From assembly GCF_001194135.2 (NCBI RefSeq), contig NC_068997.1, forward strand, positions 26,777,945 to 26,841,944: DNA of 64,000 nt, read 5' to 3'. Numbering within the stretch: the first letter of the stretch is position 1; the number at the start of each line of letters is the position of its first letter. Positions 38,050 through 49,756 of this stretch are shown in pieces. Position numbers and translations under genes: made by a program. Source of the DNA: Octopus bimaculoides. Taxonomy: Eukaryota. The notes under the pieces were generated by a model. The model had not been told where the DNA came from and ran no database searches. It saw nothing but the letters and a program-made list of their open reading frames with translations.

Positions 38050-38099
38050 TCAAGTTTGAACATTCATTTCTCCCTCCTCCTCATCAATCCTCAGAGACC
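38050..38099 (-). CDS. Terminal coding exon of an unidentified minus-strand gene (SLRIDEEEGEMNVQT*)
   Basis: tctctttttag acceptor; open to TGA; phase-1 start fits the upstream microexon. Confidence 0.6.
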
Positions 38100-38233
38100 C
38101 TAAAAAGAGATTAAGGGCACTGCCCTTTTTCCAGACTTAGAGGCAGTAAAAGAACATTTTCTATCTTTCTTCTTTCCCTCGTTAAAAAAAAACAAAAACA
38201 AAGAAACTGACCAAATGAACTGACACAACTCAC

Positions 38234-38254
38234 TTGTGACCTTTTCTTTAGATT
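38234..38254 (-). CDS. 21-nt microexon of the same minus-strand gene (SKEKVT)
   Basis: ttttttctttttcttgtgccag acceptor and gtgagt donor; phase 1-1; 134-nt intron to the terminal exon. Confidence 0.6.
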
Positions 38255-38572
38255 CTGGCACAAGAAAAAGAAAAAAATGGTATTGTTTGTTTTACAGCCT
38301 CGCTGAACTTAAAAGACATGCTAGGAATCCATAGATGTTATTTCAAAGTAAATAGAAAACTCAGTCTATAGCATAAGGCCTGAAATTTGTGGGGAGGAGG
38401 CCAGTCAATTAGATCGACCCCCAGTATGCAACTAGTCCTTAATTTATTGACCCCGAAAGTATGAAAGAAAAAGTTGACTTCAGCAGAATTTGAACTCAGA
38501 ATGTAATGACAGATAAAATACCACTTAGCATCACACCCGGAATGCTAATGATTCTGCCAGCTCATCTGTAGC

Positions 38573-38622
<50 letters not shown>

Positions 38623-40315
38623 CCCTTCTACTATAGGCACAAGGCCTGAAATTTTTGAGGGAGAGGAAGCTAGTCAATTACTTCAACTCCAGTGCTTAAC
38701 TGGAAAACAATTCAGACTTTGTACGAGTCCATAGCTCGTAGAATTCAAGCTGTAATTACTGCCAAAGGCGGTCCTACCCCATATCAAAATAAATTTGTTT
38801 GAAATTTTAAGCTGTTTCCATTATTTTGTCCAACCCCTGTATATATTTGTTTATGTATTTATATGTTTATGTATGTATATGTGTGTTTGTGTATGTATGT
38901 GTATATAATATGTAATATATGTATGTGTATATGTGTATGTAATATATGTGTGTGTATGTGTATCTATATATGTATATATATTTGTATATATATGCATGTA
39001 TCAATATGTGTATGTATGAGAGAAGGGGGTGCGAGTCTTTTTTTATTTTTTTTCGTTTATACAAAAATATTAAAAAATATATTTCTAGATAGAGATTGAA
39101 ACCTCTATCTTCATACAAGGTTATTGCTTAAATTACTAACACCTTTAACTATTAGGCCATCAAACCAACACCTGAGAAACAACTTAAAAATGAGATATTT
39201 AAATCTATTTTTATTTCGAGTGAGATCGTTGCCAGTGCCCCTGGACTGGCTTGTGCGGGTGGCACATAAAAGACACCATTTCGAGCGTGGCCGTTTTCGT
39301 GCGGGTGACACGTAAAAGCACCCACTACACTCTCTGAGTGGTTGGCGTTNNNNNNNNNNNNNNNNNNNNNNNNNNNNNNNNNNNNNNNNNNNNNNNNNNN
39401 NNNNNNNNNNNNNNNNNNNNNNNNNNNNNNNNNNNNNNNNNNNNNNNNNNNNNNNNNNNNNNNNNNNNNNNNNNNNNNNNNNNNNNNNNNNNNNNNNNNN
39501 NNNNNNNNNNNNNNNNNNNNNNNNNNNNNNNNNNNNNNNNNNNNNNNNNNNNNNNNNNNNNNNNNNNNNNNNNNNNNNNNNNNNNNNNNNNNNNNNNNNN
39601 NNNNNNNNNNNNNNNNNNNNNNNNNNNNNNNNNNNNNNNNNNNNNNNNNNNNNNNNNNNNNNNNNNNNNNNNNNNNNNNNNNNNNNNNNNNNNNNNNNNN
39701 NNNNNNNNNNNNNNNNNNNNNNNNNNNNNNNNNNNNNNNNNNNNNNNNNNNNNNNNNNNNNNNNNNNNNNNNNNNNNNNNNNNNNNNNNNNNNNNNNNNN
39801 NNNNNNNNNNNNNNNNNNNNNNNNNNNNNNNNNNNNNNNNNNNNNNNNNNNNNNNNNNNNNNNNNNNNNNNNNNNNNNNNNNNNNNNNNNNNNNNNNNNN
39901 NNNNNNNNNNNNNNNNNNNNNNNNNNNNNNNNNNNNNNNNNNNNNNNNNNNNNNNNNNNNNNNNNNNNNNNNNNNNNNNNNNNNNNNNNNNNNNNNNNNN
40001 NNNNNNNNNNNNNNNNNNNNNNNNNNNNNNNNNNNNNNNNNNNNNNNNNNNNNNNNNNNNNNNNNNNNNNNNNNNNNNNNNNNNNNNNNNNNNNNNNNNN
40101 NNNNNNNNNNNNNNNNNNNNNNNNNNNNNNNNNNNNNNNNNNNNNNNNNNNNNNNNNNNNNNNNNNNNNNNNNNNNNNNNNNNNNNNNNNNNNNNNNNNN
40201 NNNNNNNNNNNNNNNNNNNNNNNNNNNNNNNNNNNNNNNNNNNNNNNNNNNNNNNNNNNNNNNNNNNNNNNNNNNNNNNNNNNNNNNNNNNNNNNNNNNN
40301 NNNNNNNNNNNNNNN

Positions 40316-40346
<31 letters not shown>

Positions 40347-40367
40347 CATACATATATATCTACATAT

Positions 40368-40582
40368 ACAATTGCAGCATGGAAGGTGTTTATAAGCCAT
40401 TTAAGAAACACACAAAAACCGTTAGATTCACACCGTGCTGCACAGAATTTTGTCAGTGAACAGGTTGCGGCCTCAAAGCAACGAAAATATTTTGGCAAAT
40501 TAAACTTAAATGTTGAAGTGGATCTAACGGTTTTTTGTGTGTTTCTTAAATGGCTTATAAACACCTTCCATGCTGCAATTGT
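40368..40582. mobile_element. Young MITE with about 64-bp terminal inverted repeats
   Basis: Arms acaattgcagcatggaagg...ttagattcac differ only by one substitution and one indel. Confidence 0.85.
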
Positions 40583-41254
40583 TTTCGTTCCAGCACACTC
40601 TCTCAGATCAGGTCACTTGCTACACAAGTACATCTCCGTAATCTATATATATATATATATATATATATAAACATATATATATGTATATATATATAAAATG
40701 TATGTATGTGTGGCTGACTAGATGGATGGATATATTGATAGATGGGCCAAGAGACAACAAACAGACTGTTGAAGATCAGATCATAAAACCAGCAGTTTTA
40801 TCTATAGAGATAATTAAATATGATGTGATGAGAAAATTAGCTGTGAAATAGAATTTGTCTACGCAGTAACAACAGGTGTTTATTGATGAATGATTCCACT
40901 ACATTTTATTGCTGTTTATTTCTCAGCTCAGCCTTGACTGAACAGACCTATGATCGAAAGTCTTCCAGCCATGCCCACCACATTGTATTGCTGTTTATTT
41001 CTCAAGTCTTCTTTGATCAATAGAAACCAAACATAAACAAGACAAGCGAAGAAGGTATGATTATGATCCTCTGACCTGTCTTGAAGGACAGTAATTCTGA
41101 ATAAAACAGTCTCAGGCTATTGCTAACACATCTAACACATGCCAGCATGGAAAGAAGATGTAGAATGATCTTCACTTCTATCTTTTATTTATTTCAGTTA
41201 TGGTACTGTAACTGTAACAAGTCATGGTGCTACCACTATAACACAGTTTGTCAC

Positions 41255-41459
41255 TGTTACTTTTAGTTGGAAATATAAAAGAGCCTTTCATAAATTTCAC
41301 AAATAATTTGATGCAACGAGGTATTAAAAATCTTGTTGAACGTTGGGAAGAAGTTGTAAGCAACAAGGGTGAATGCATTATTGATTAATTAGTTGTTATT
41401 TTTTATTAAACCTTTAAAAAAATTTTAATTTAAAAAACGGCGGGAACTTAGTTGCCAAC

Positions 41460-41464
<5 letters not shown>
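41255..41464 (+). mobile_element. mariner transposon 3' fragment with TIR
   Basis: RGIKNLVERWEEVVSNKGECIID* followed by ...gaacttagttgccaacccaata and (TA)n. Confidence 0.8.
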
Positions 41465-41536
<72 letters not shown>

Positions 41537-42087
41537 GGATAAATAAGCATGGTGGTGTATCTTAGATACCCTTAATTATAATTATATATATATATATATA
41601 CATGACAGACAGCTACATCGTTTCTGTCCAACAAATTCTCTTTGAAAGCATTGGTTGGCTAAGGGTTATAGTTGGAGATTCTTGTCCAAGACGCCAAAAA
41701 GAGTGGGATTGAATCATGTGACTGCAAAAAGCTAACTTCTTAACCACACAGCTGCATCTGTCAACCTTCCACTTGTAACTATTGAAGAAAGGTGAACGGG
41801 GTCCTGTTCTGTATTGTTAAATTTTTTCTGTATGTCACTTGTCACAGAAACAATCATTTACATGCACACACACACAAACACACACATGCACATGCACACA
41901 CGTGCACACAAATTTTCATACATACACACACACATGCACACGCACACACATGCCCCACACACTGTCATACAAATACCAACAATAAAACTTTAATTACTAA
42001 AATTCAGAATGCTACCTGCTACTTTTATCTTTGGTGTTTGGATTGTGGTAATTCCCCATTTCACACTCAACTACTGACACAGCTTTC

Positions 42088-42149
<62 letters not shown>

Positions 42150-42574
42150 TTTCATTATACCCATGAATCTCTAGTCTTTTAATGTACCTATATGTATTTT
42201 TGTAACAGATGACTTTTTTGTGTGGGGGGGGGTCTCTCTCTTCTTTGTTCTGGAAATTAATCAATTCTGTTTGAATCGAAATTTTCTACCTGTTTATTGA
42301 TGCTTGTAAATTCATCTGTATCCTGTAGGAGTGGCTTATTGGAGTAATGATTTCTCAGAGACAGATATTCGCAGCCTGCATTATTGTCACACAGGGCAAA
42401 GTCATATGTTACATATTTAATAAGAAAAGACATTTTTAATTATCTCCATGAAAATCTGCCCTGTATTTAAATCATTAGGCTTAGCAACTAGGGGAAGAAA
42501 GATCAAAGGTTGAGTTGGACTTTTGTTAAAGCCATCATCAAGATTTGATGACATTGCTCTGTTCACTGCGAGAC

Positions 42575-42609
<35 letters not shown>

Positions 42610-42613
<4 letters not shown>

Positions 42614-42987
42614 GCACTCCGTCGCTTACGACGTCAAGGGTTCCAGTTGATCCAATCAACAGAACAGCCCTGCTCGTGAAATTAACGTGCAAGTGGCTGA
42701 GCACTCCACAGACACGTGTACCCTTAACGTAGTTCTCGGGGATATTCAGTGTGACACAGTGACAAGGCTGACCCTTTGAATTACAGGCACAACAGAAACA
42801 GGAAGTAAGAGTGAGAGAAAGTTGTGGTGAAAGAGTACAGCAGGGTTCGCCACCATCCCCTGCTGGAGCCTCGTGGAACTTTAGGTGTTTTCGCTCAATA
42901 AACACTCACAACGCCCGGTCTGGGAATCGAAACCGCGATCCTATGACTGCAAGTCCGCTGCCCTAACCACTGGGCCATTGTGCCTTC
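42610..42987 (-). mobile_element. tRNA-derived SINE with long body
   Basis: Minus-strand tRNA-like head aggcacaatggcccagtggttagggcagcggac...ggtttcgattccc followed by a non-tRNA body; a related head occurs at about 7700. Confidence 0.75.
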
Positions 42988-44239
42988 TGAGTTCAAATTC
43001 TACCAAGATTGACTTTGCTTTTATCCTTTCGAGGTCGATAAAATAAGTACCTGTTGAGTTACTGACTTTGTGCTGAAATTCGAAATTATTGTTATTATCA
43101 TTAGCATTATTATTAAGGCGGCAAGTTGGCAGAATCATTAGCACGCTGGATGAAATGTCACCCATCGCTACATTCTGAGTTCATATTCCACCAAGGTCGA
43201 CTTTGCCTTTCATCCTTTTGAGGTTGATAAAATAAGTACCAGTTGAACACTGGAGTCGATGTAATCGACTCATCCCTCACCTCATCCAAGCTGCCCTTGT
43301 GGCAAAAATTTGAAATTACTATTACTATCATTATTATTATCACTATTATTATTACTATTGTTATTGCTGCTATTACCACAAAGCTGATACTACATTGTTC
43401 ATGATGTCCATCCTTAAAGTAACCTTCCCAAACCAAGGGGACACCTCAGTAAAGAAGGTTTTTTTTCCAAGTAGCTTGGTCTCTTTGAACTCAGCTACGT
43501 CTACACTTCAACACCTCATGTCAAAAGCAATGAAAACTGATCTACATTGGGGTGGGTCTGTTCTGTCACTAACATCAAGAAGTGTCTTTATATTTCATAT
43601 GAATAGGCTGACACATATTTTACTTGAGTTTCTTTTCTTTTCTGTTTTTTAGTGTTTCAGTTACTAAGTTGAATGTCATTCTGGTGACCAATAACAGTTT
43701 CCTGTCCAGAAGCTGTGCTGTGTGAAAAATATTTGGGTCATGTTTTAGTAAGCAGCATAGTCCTTAAATAAAGATATTAAAGTGCACAAAGGCCTTGCAA
43801 GAGTAACTTGGTCCCAATTATCAAAACCTGGTACCCCAAACTACAGAAAAAATAAATTTGACTGAGAAATTACAGCATATTTAGGGTTACCTCCATTCCA
43901 CCTAACTCTCTTTCATCACCAAACTTTAGTTCCAGTCATAGATAATACCTGTGCACGGAAGCTCTAGAATGGTGCTAAGGCTCAGCACTATTCTCAGTAT
44001 CTTTTATCTTTTACTTGTTTTGATCATTAGACTGTGGCCATGTTGGGGCATCACCTAGAAGAATATTTTAGTTCAATGAATTGACTCCAGTAATTATATT
44101 TTTTGTTAAACCTGGTACTTATTCTATGAGTCCCTCTTGCCAAACTGTTAAGTTATGGGGACATAAACACACCAACACTGGTTGTCAAGAGTACTGGGAG
44201 ACAAACACAGACACAATGACACACACACATTGATATATA

Positions 44240-44640
44240 CTCTTTTACTCTCTTTTACTTATTTCAGTCATTTGACTGTGGCCATACTGGGGCACCGCCT
44301 TTAGTCGAGCAAATCGACCCCAGGACTTATTCTTTGTAAGCCTAGTACTTATTCTATCGGTCTCTTTTTGCTGAACCGCTAAGTTACAGGGACGTAAACA
44401 CACCAGCAACGGTTGTCAAGCAAAGTTGGGGGAACAAATACAGACGCACAAACATATACACACATATACATATATACGACGGGCTTCTTTCAGTTTCCGT
44501 CTACCAAATCCACTCACAAGGCTTTGGTCGGCCCGAGGCTATAGTAGAAGACACTTGCCCAAGGTGCCACGCAGTGGGACTGAACCCGGAACCATGTGGT
44601 TAGTAAGCAAGCTACTTACCACACAGCCACTCCTGCACCT
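44240..44640 (-). mobile_element. Near full-length tRNA-derived SINE (abundant family; fragments at 550-720, 5393-5560, 7181-7341, 12780-12950, 17460-17750, 46497-46660)
   Basis: Head aggtgcaggagtggctgtgtggtaagtagcttgc...gggttcagtcccactgcgtggc and (agtaaaag)n tail. Confidence 0.85.
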
Positions 44641-45692
44641 ATATATATATAATGGGATTCTTTCAGTTTCTGTCTGCCAAATCCATTCATAAGGCTCTGG
44701 TTAGCCTGAGACTATAGTAGAAGACACTTATTCAAGATGCCACATAGTGGGACTGAACTTGGAGCCATGTAGTTAGGGGGCAAGCTTCTTACCACACATA
44801 TTACATACAGACACTCATGGATGCAAAGATACACTTACCACACACACACATAAACAAACACACTCATACATATACGTACACACAATTACAAATCATTAAG
44901 GAGTGGCGATAACTACATAGAAATAAATACACTTCCTTTTCATACCAATACTCCTCCCCTCATCATTGCCACTACCACCACCACCACCACCATCACTTTC
45001 ATGAGCATTCACTTTTTGCACTATCATCAACACAACCATTCTCATAGTCCTACCACCACCATCACCACCACTACAATTACCATAACCATAGCCATAACCA
45101 CCACCACCACCACCACCAACACCAACACCCCCACTACCACCACAATTACCATAACCATAGCCNNNNNNNNNNNNNNNACTATCATCAACACAACCATTCT
45201 CATAGTCCTACCACCACCATCACCACCACTACAATTACCATAACCATAGCCATAACCACCACCACCACCACCAACACCACCACCACCAACACCACCACCA
45301 CCAACAACAACAACACCACCAACACCAACACCACCACCAACACCACTCTACCACTACTGCTTCGGCAACCCATCCCATTACCACTACCACTACCATCACC
45401 ATGATACCACCATCAACGTCACGTTACCACCATCACCATCACATCAAAACTGCCATCACTACAACCAGCAGCAGCAGTAGTAGTAGTAGTAGTAGCAGTT
45501 GCAGCCAGGTTGCTAAGAATATAAAACCACCCTGCACTTCCACTGTGCAGTCAGTCTGATGCGACATCAAAGGAATAAAGTTGTTGAAACAATACTGCTG
45601 CCATGGCAACGTGTACAGGACATACAAAGGGAGAGTAAGTGTGAAGCATTGTCTTCTACTACTATTGCTACTGCTGCTGCTGCTGCTGCTGC

Positions 45693-45730
<38 letters not shown>

Positions 45731-46658
45731 TTGTATAGTTTTACATAAACCTATGCGATGTCGTATCACATGTCCTCTTCTAATGTCCCCAATCATCTAT
45801 GGGTCTTACTGGTCAATAAAGAAACTATTATTATTATTATGTTCCAGTTTCAAATTCTACCGAGGTCAGCTTTGCCTTTCATCCTTTCAGGGGTTGATAA
45901 AATAAGTACCAGTTGAGCGCAGGGGTTGATGTAATCGACTTAACCCAGCCCTCAAAAATACTGGCTTTGTGCCAAAATTTGAAACTATCATTATTATTAT
46001 TATTATTGTTATTATTATTATTATTATTATTATGTTTGTAGTTGTGGTTGTTATTATTATTATTATTATTATTATCATCGTCGTCGTCGTCGTCGTCGTC
46101 ATCATCATCACCATCAGTACTATTATTTTGTGCATGTTTGTATGTCTGTTTATAAGTGTGAGCTTTTACTGCACAACTGGGACACAGTATGAAATATATA
46201 TATGTATGCTGCTTAGTAACTCAATGCTGTTTCCTGTATACTCCATCTCTGTGTGTGTGTATGTGCGTGTGTGTGTTAGTATTTCAGTCATGGGGCACTC
46301 TGCTTAATATGTGTGTGCAATACTTAATATTGTTATCTTCTATATAATGTGTAAACATACACATATACGTGTATATGAGTAAGTCCTTCAGGGTACCCTC
46401 AACACATTTCAATGTCTATATATAGTATGTATATGAGTACGTATATGTGTGTGTGTGTGTGTGTGTCTGTCTGTCTGTGTGTACATAAATAAATATAGGC
46501 GCAGGTGTGGCTGTGTGATAAAAAGCTTGCTTCCCAACCACATGGTTCCAGGTTCAGTCCCTCTGCATGACACCTTGGGCAAGTGTCTTCTACTATAGCC
46601 TTAGGCTGACCAAAGCCTTGTGAGTGGATTTGGTAGATAGAAACTAAAAGAAGCCCTT

Positions 46659-46691
<33 letters not shown>

Positions 46692-47180
46692 TTGCAGGTA
46701 TTGGTAGTGCAAATCAGAGGTGCAATCTGTGTGGCTGTTTTTTCAAAACACTGTCTGGTTTAAAAAGCCACATCAGACGCCATGAAAGGGCTAAGGTGTA
46801 GGTGCAGGAGGTGGTCAAACTCTGTTTAAGGAGTAGACAACCACCATATATATACATACATACACGTGTGTGTGTGTGTATGTGCACATCCATTTGTCTG
46901 AGTGTTCATGTTTGTCCACCACCACCACTTGACAACCGGTGTTGGCGTGTTTATGTGCCCATAACTAAGAGGTTCAGCAAAAGAGACTAATAGAACAAGT
47001 ACCAGACTTAACAAAGATAAGTACTGGGGTTGTTGTTATTTTTTGGGGGACTAAAATATTTTTCAATTTAATCAGGTTGGTGTCCCAAAATGACTTCAGT
47101 CTAATGATTAAAACGAGTCAAAGATGAAGATGTCTGTGTGTGTGTGTAAATGTTAGTCCATAAGTCCTTATATGTGTGTG

Positions 47181-48418
47181 CAGGGTGTTCCAGAAAGATT
47201 AGCCCATGTTTAAAACTCTCCTAAAGAATATCAGTTCAAGTAATATTATCTACATTTTACATAAAGATTTGCATGTGTCTTTTTGTTCCTGTGTCTATTG
47301 TTTCAAAAGTGAAGTATGGTCAGATTGTTGCTTTGAAAACAGCTGGAGGGAGCATCAAGGACATAACAAAACAGTTGAGTGTGTTCCATAAAACAGTGTT
47401 CAATATATGGAGTCTGCTATTTCCTCTAGCAGGCCAATTCCTGGTAGGAAATGGTCAATTCATACCAAACAAACTGTTGAAGCTGTGAAGAAGCAAATGA
47501 ACTGAAATTCCGGCAGGAGTGCAAGACAAACTGCAAAAGCTCTTGATATTTCAAAATCGTCAATGCACAAGATTTTTAAAGAGGATTTAAAGCTAACTGC
47601 ATACAAGAAACAATCCCAATAGTTAATTTCAGCATTTTCCAAGAAGAAACAGCTCGACAGGGGGAAAACCATGTTAGCTGTGATGAAGCGTGCCACTAAC
47701 ACAATGTTAACCTGGTCCAATGAGATGATCTTCATCATGAAAGCAGTTACCAACATGCAGAATGACAAGCTTTATGCACATAATGCAGGAGACTTGCCCA
47801 AAGGTAGCAGGAGTCATTTACATCATCAGAAGCTAGCTTCTCTCATGGTGTGGGATGCAGTTGCATCTGATGGGTTCAAGTCTCCCTTGATCTTCCTTGA
47901 TGCTGCTGTCAAGGTCAGCAGTGAAGTTTATGTGGAAATGTTGGATGAGAAAGTGTCATCTTGGGTCACGAAACCTTTGGTAACCATTACATCTTCCCTC
48001 AAGACAGGATTCTGGCCCACACTTCCAATTCAATACAAAGATGGTGCAAAGAGCATTTTAACAGTTTTGGGGACAAGATAATATGGCCTCCTTCAAATAC
48101 AGACACCAATTCCATGGGCTCTACTATCTGGTCCATCTTAGAGAGTAATGTTTCTGCTCGCTCCTATTCAAATGTGAAGAAAGCCCTTCTGTTTTCATGG
48201 TTCAAGTTGGATGAAGAGGTGGTACAGAGCTCATGTAATTCAGTGACTACTCATTTACAGGCTATGATCGATGTGAAGGGTGGTCATTTTGAAATGTTAT
48301 TACTGCAATGGAGTGACAATTTACATTAAAACATGTATGCCAAATTTCATTATCCTACCTTAAGTTTATTTTGAATAATCAAGAAATATCAATGGAAAAA
48401 TCTTTCTGGGACACCCTG
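47181..48418 (+). mobile_element. Full-length decayed Tc1/mariner DD37D (maT-like) transposon
   Basis: 20-bp TIRs CAGGGTGT(T/C)CCAGAAAGATT (19/20), TA after the right end. Frameshifted transposase with WSNE, MVW, FPQD and WPPSNTDTNSMG; 37 residues between the second D and the (mutated) third catalytic position. Confidence 0.9.
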
Positions 48419-48445
48419 TATATGTGTGTGTGTGTGTATACATAC

Positions 48446-48516
<71 letters not shown>

Positions 48517-48613
48517 TAATAATATTAGGGATAAAAATCCAAATTTACAGGTAAAAACTCAATTAAATTCAGTTTATTAAAAATTAAAATTAAATTAAGT
48601 TTCACAGTATAAA

Positions 48614-48644
<31 letters not shown>

Positions 48645-49756
48645 GCAGCGTAGCGATAAGTATCATTTTACCTTTGTTAAATGACTTTATATCATTGTTT
48701 GAAAAAAATATGTATTTTTATATTAAATTCAACTAATTTTTAATGATGATTTTACTCAATACTTTTTTTAACACTAAATCAATTAGTAGTAAGTTTATCA
48801 TCTTGGCCTAAACTAAGATTTCGATTAGATTAGGGTTGAATTTTTTCCATTAATACTGTTTAATATTTCTTTTTATTTTATGGGATAAATAACTAGCCTT
48901 TTTATTTAATTTCTTTGATCATACAATATAGTTAATTGTTTTATTATGATTTAAGTTATATAAAGTTTAATCTTTCATTCATAATAAAATTTTCATTCAT
49001 GTTTTTATATCTATTTATTCTATTCTTTTTCTTTACGCAATATTTTCACGAGACTTCTTTCTAATAAACGTTTTAGCCTAAAATCTTTTAGTTCACACTA
49101 TAGCATCGTTTAGATATGTGCTACTTCTGTCTTTATTATTTTAACCTAAAACTTCGTTCAAATTGTATTTTAAACGAAAGATTCGTTAAAATTAGTTTTT
49201 GCATATAATATTCCTGTTAGCTTATATTATAATAAATATAAAGTTAATTATGGAACGTTTATAATTTTGAAATTTTTAATAATATTTTTCTATCTTAATG
49301 TAATAAGTATTTTATATAAATTTATTTGTTATTTATTGTTGGTTGAGATATTCATTCTTTTATTATTATTGTTGTATTTTGACCTGAATATTAGCTATAT
49401 TTTTTAATAGAANNNNNNNNNNNNNNNNNNNNNNNNNNNNNNNNNNNNNNNNNNNNNNNNNNNNNNNNNNNNNNNNNNNNNNNNNNNNNNNNNNNNNNNN
49501 NNNNNNNNNNNNNNNNNNNNNNNNNNNNNNNNNNNNNNNNNNNNNNNNNNNNNNNNNNNNNNNNNNNNNNNNNNNNNNNNNNNNNNNNNNNNNNNNNNNN
49601 NNNNNNNNNNNNNNNNNNNNNNNNNNNNNNNNNNNNNNNNNNNNNNNNNNNNNNNNNNNNNNNNNNNNNNNNNNNNNNNNNNNNNNNNNNNNNNNNNNNN
49701 NNNNNNNNNNNNNNNNNNNNNNNNNNNNNNNNNNNNNNNNNNNNNNNNNNNNNNNA

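Noticed and set aside
42015-42440. Further minus-strand exon candidates (VECEMGNYHNPNTKDKSS; NAGCEYLSLRNHYSNKPLL...)
   Set aside because: They lack a pyrimidine-tract acceptor or have an incompatible phase, and the peptides are not recognisable.
42915-42987. tRNA-like sequence
   Set aside because: It is the head of a SINE continuing into a repeat body and lacks a complete acceptor stem; not a tRNA gene.
45550-45635. Plus-strand exon-like segment ending in gtaagt (SLMRHQRNKVVETILLPWQRVQDIQRE)
   Set aside because: It is isolated between simple repeats, has no partner exons and does not resemble the expected DMXL C-terminus.
48645-49412. Possible alternative-genetic-code ORF or NUMT
   Set aside because: The stop density is what AT-rich random sequence gives, and no recognisable mitochondrial gene or protein motif was found.
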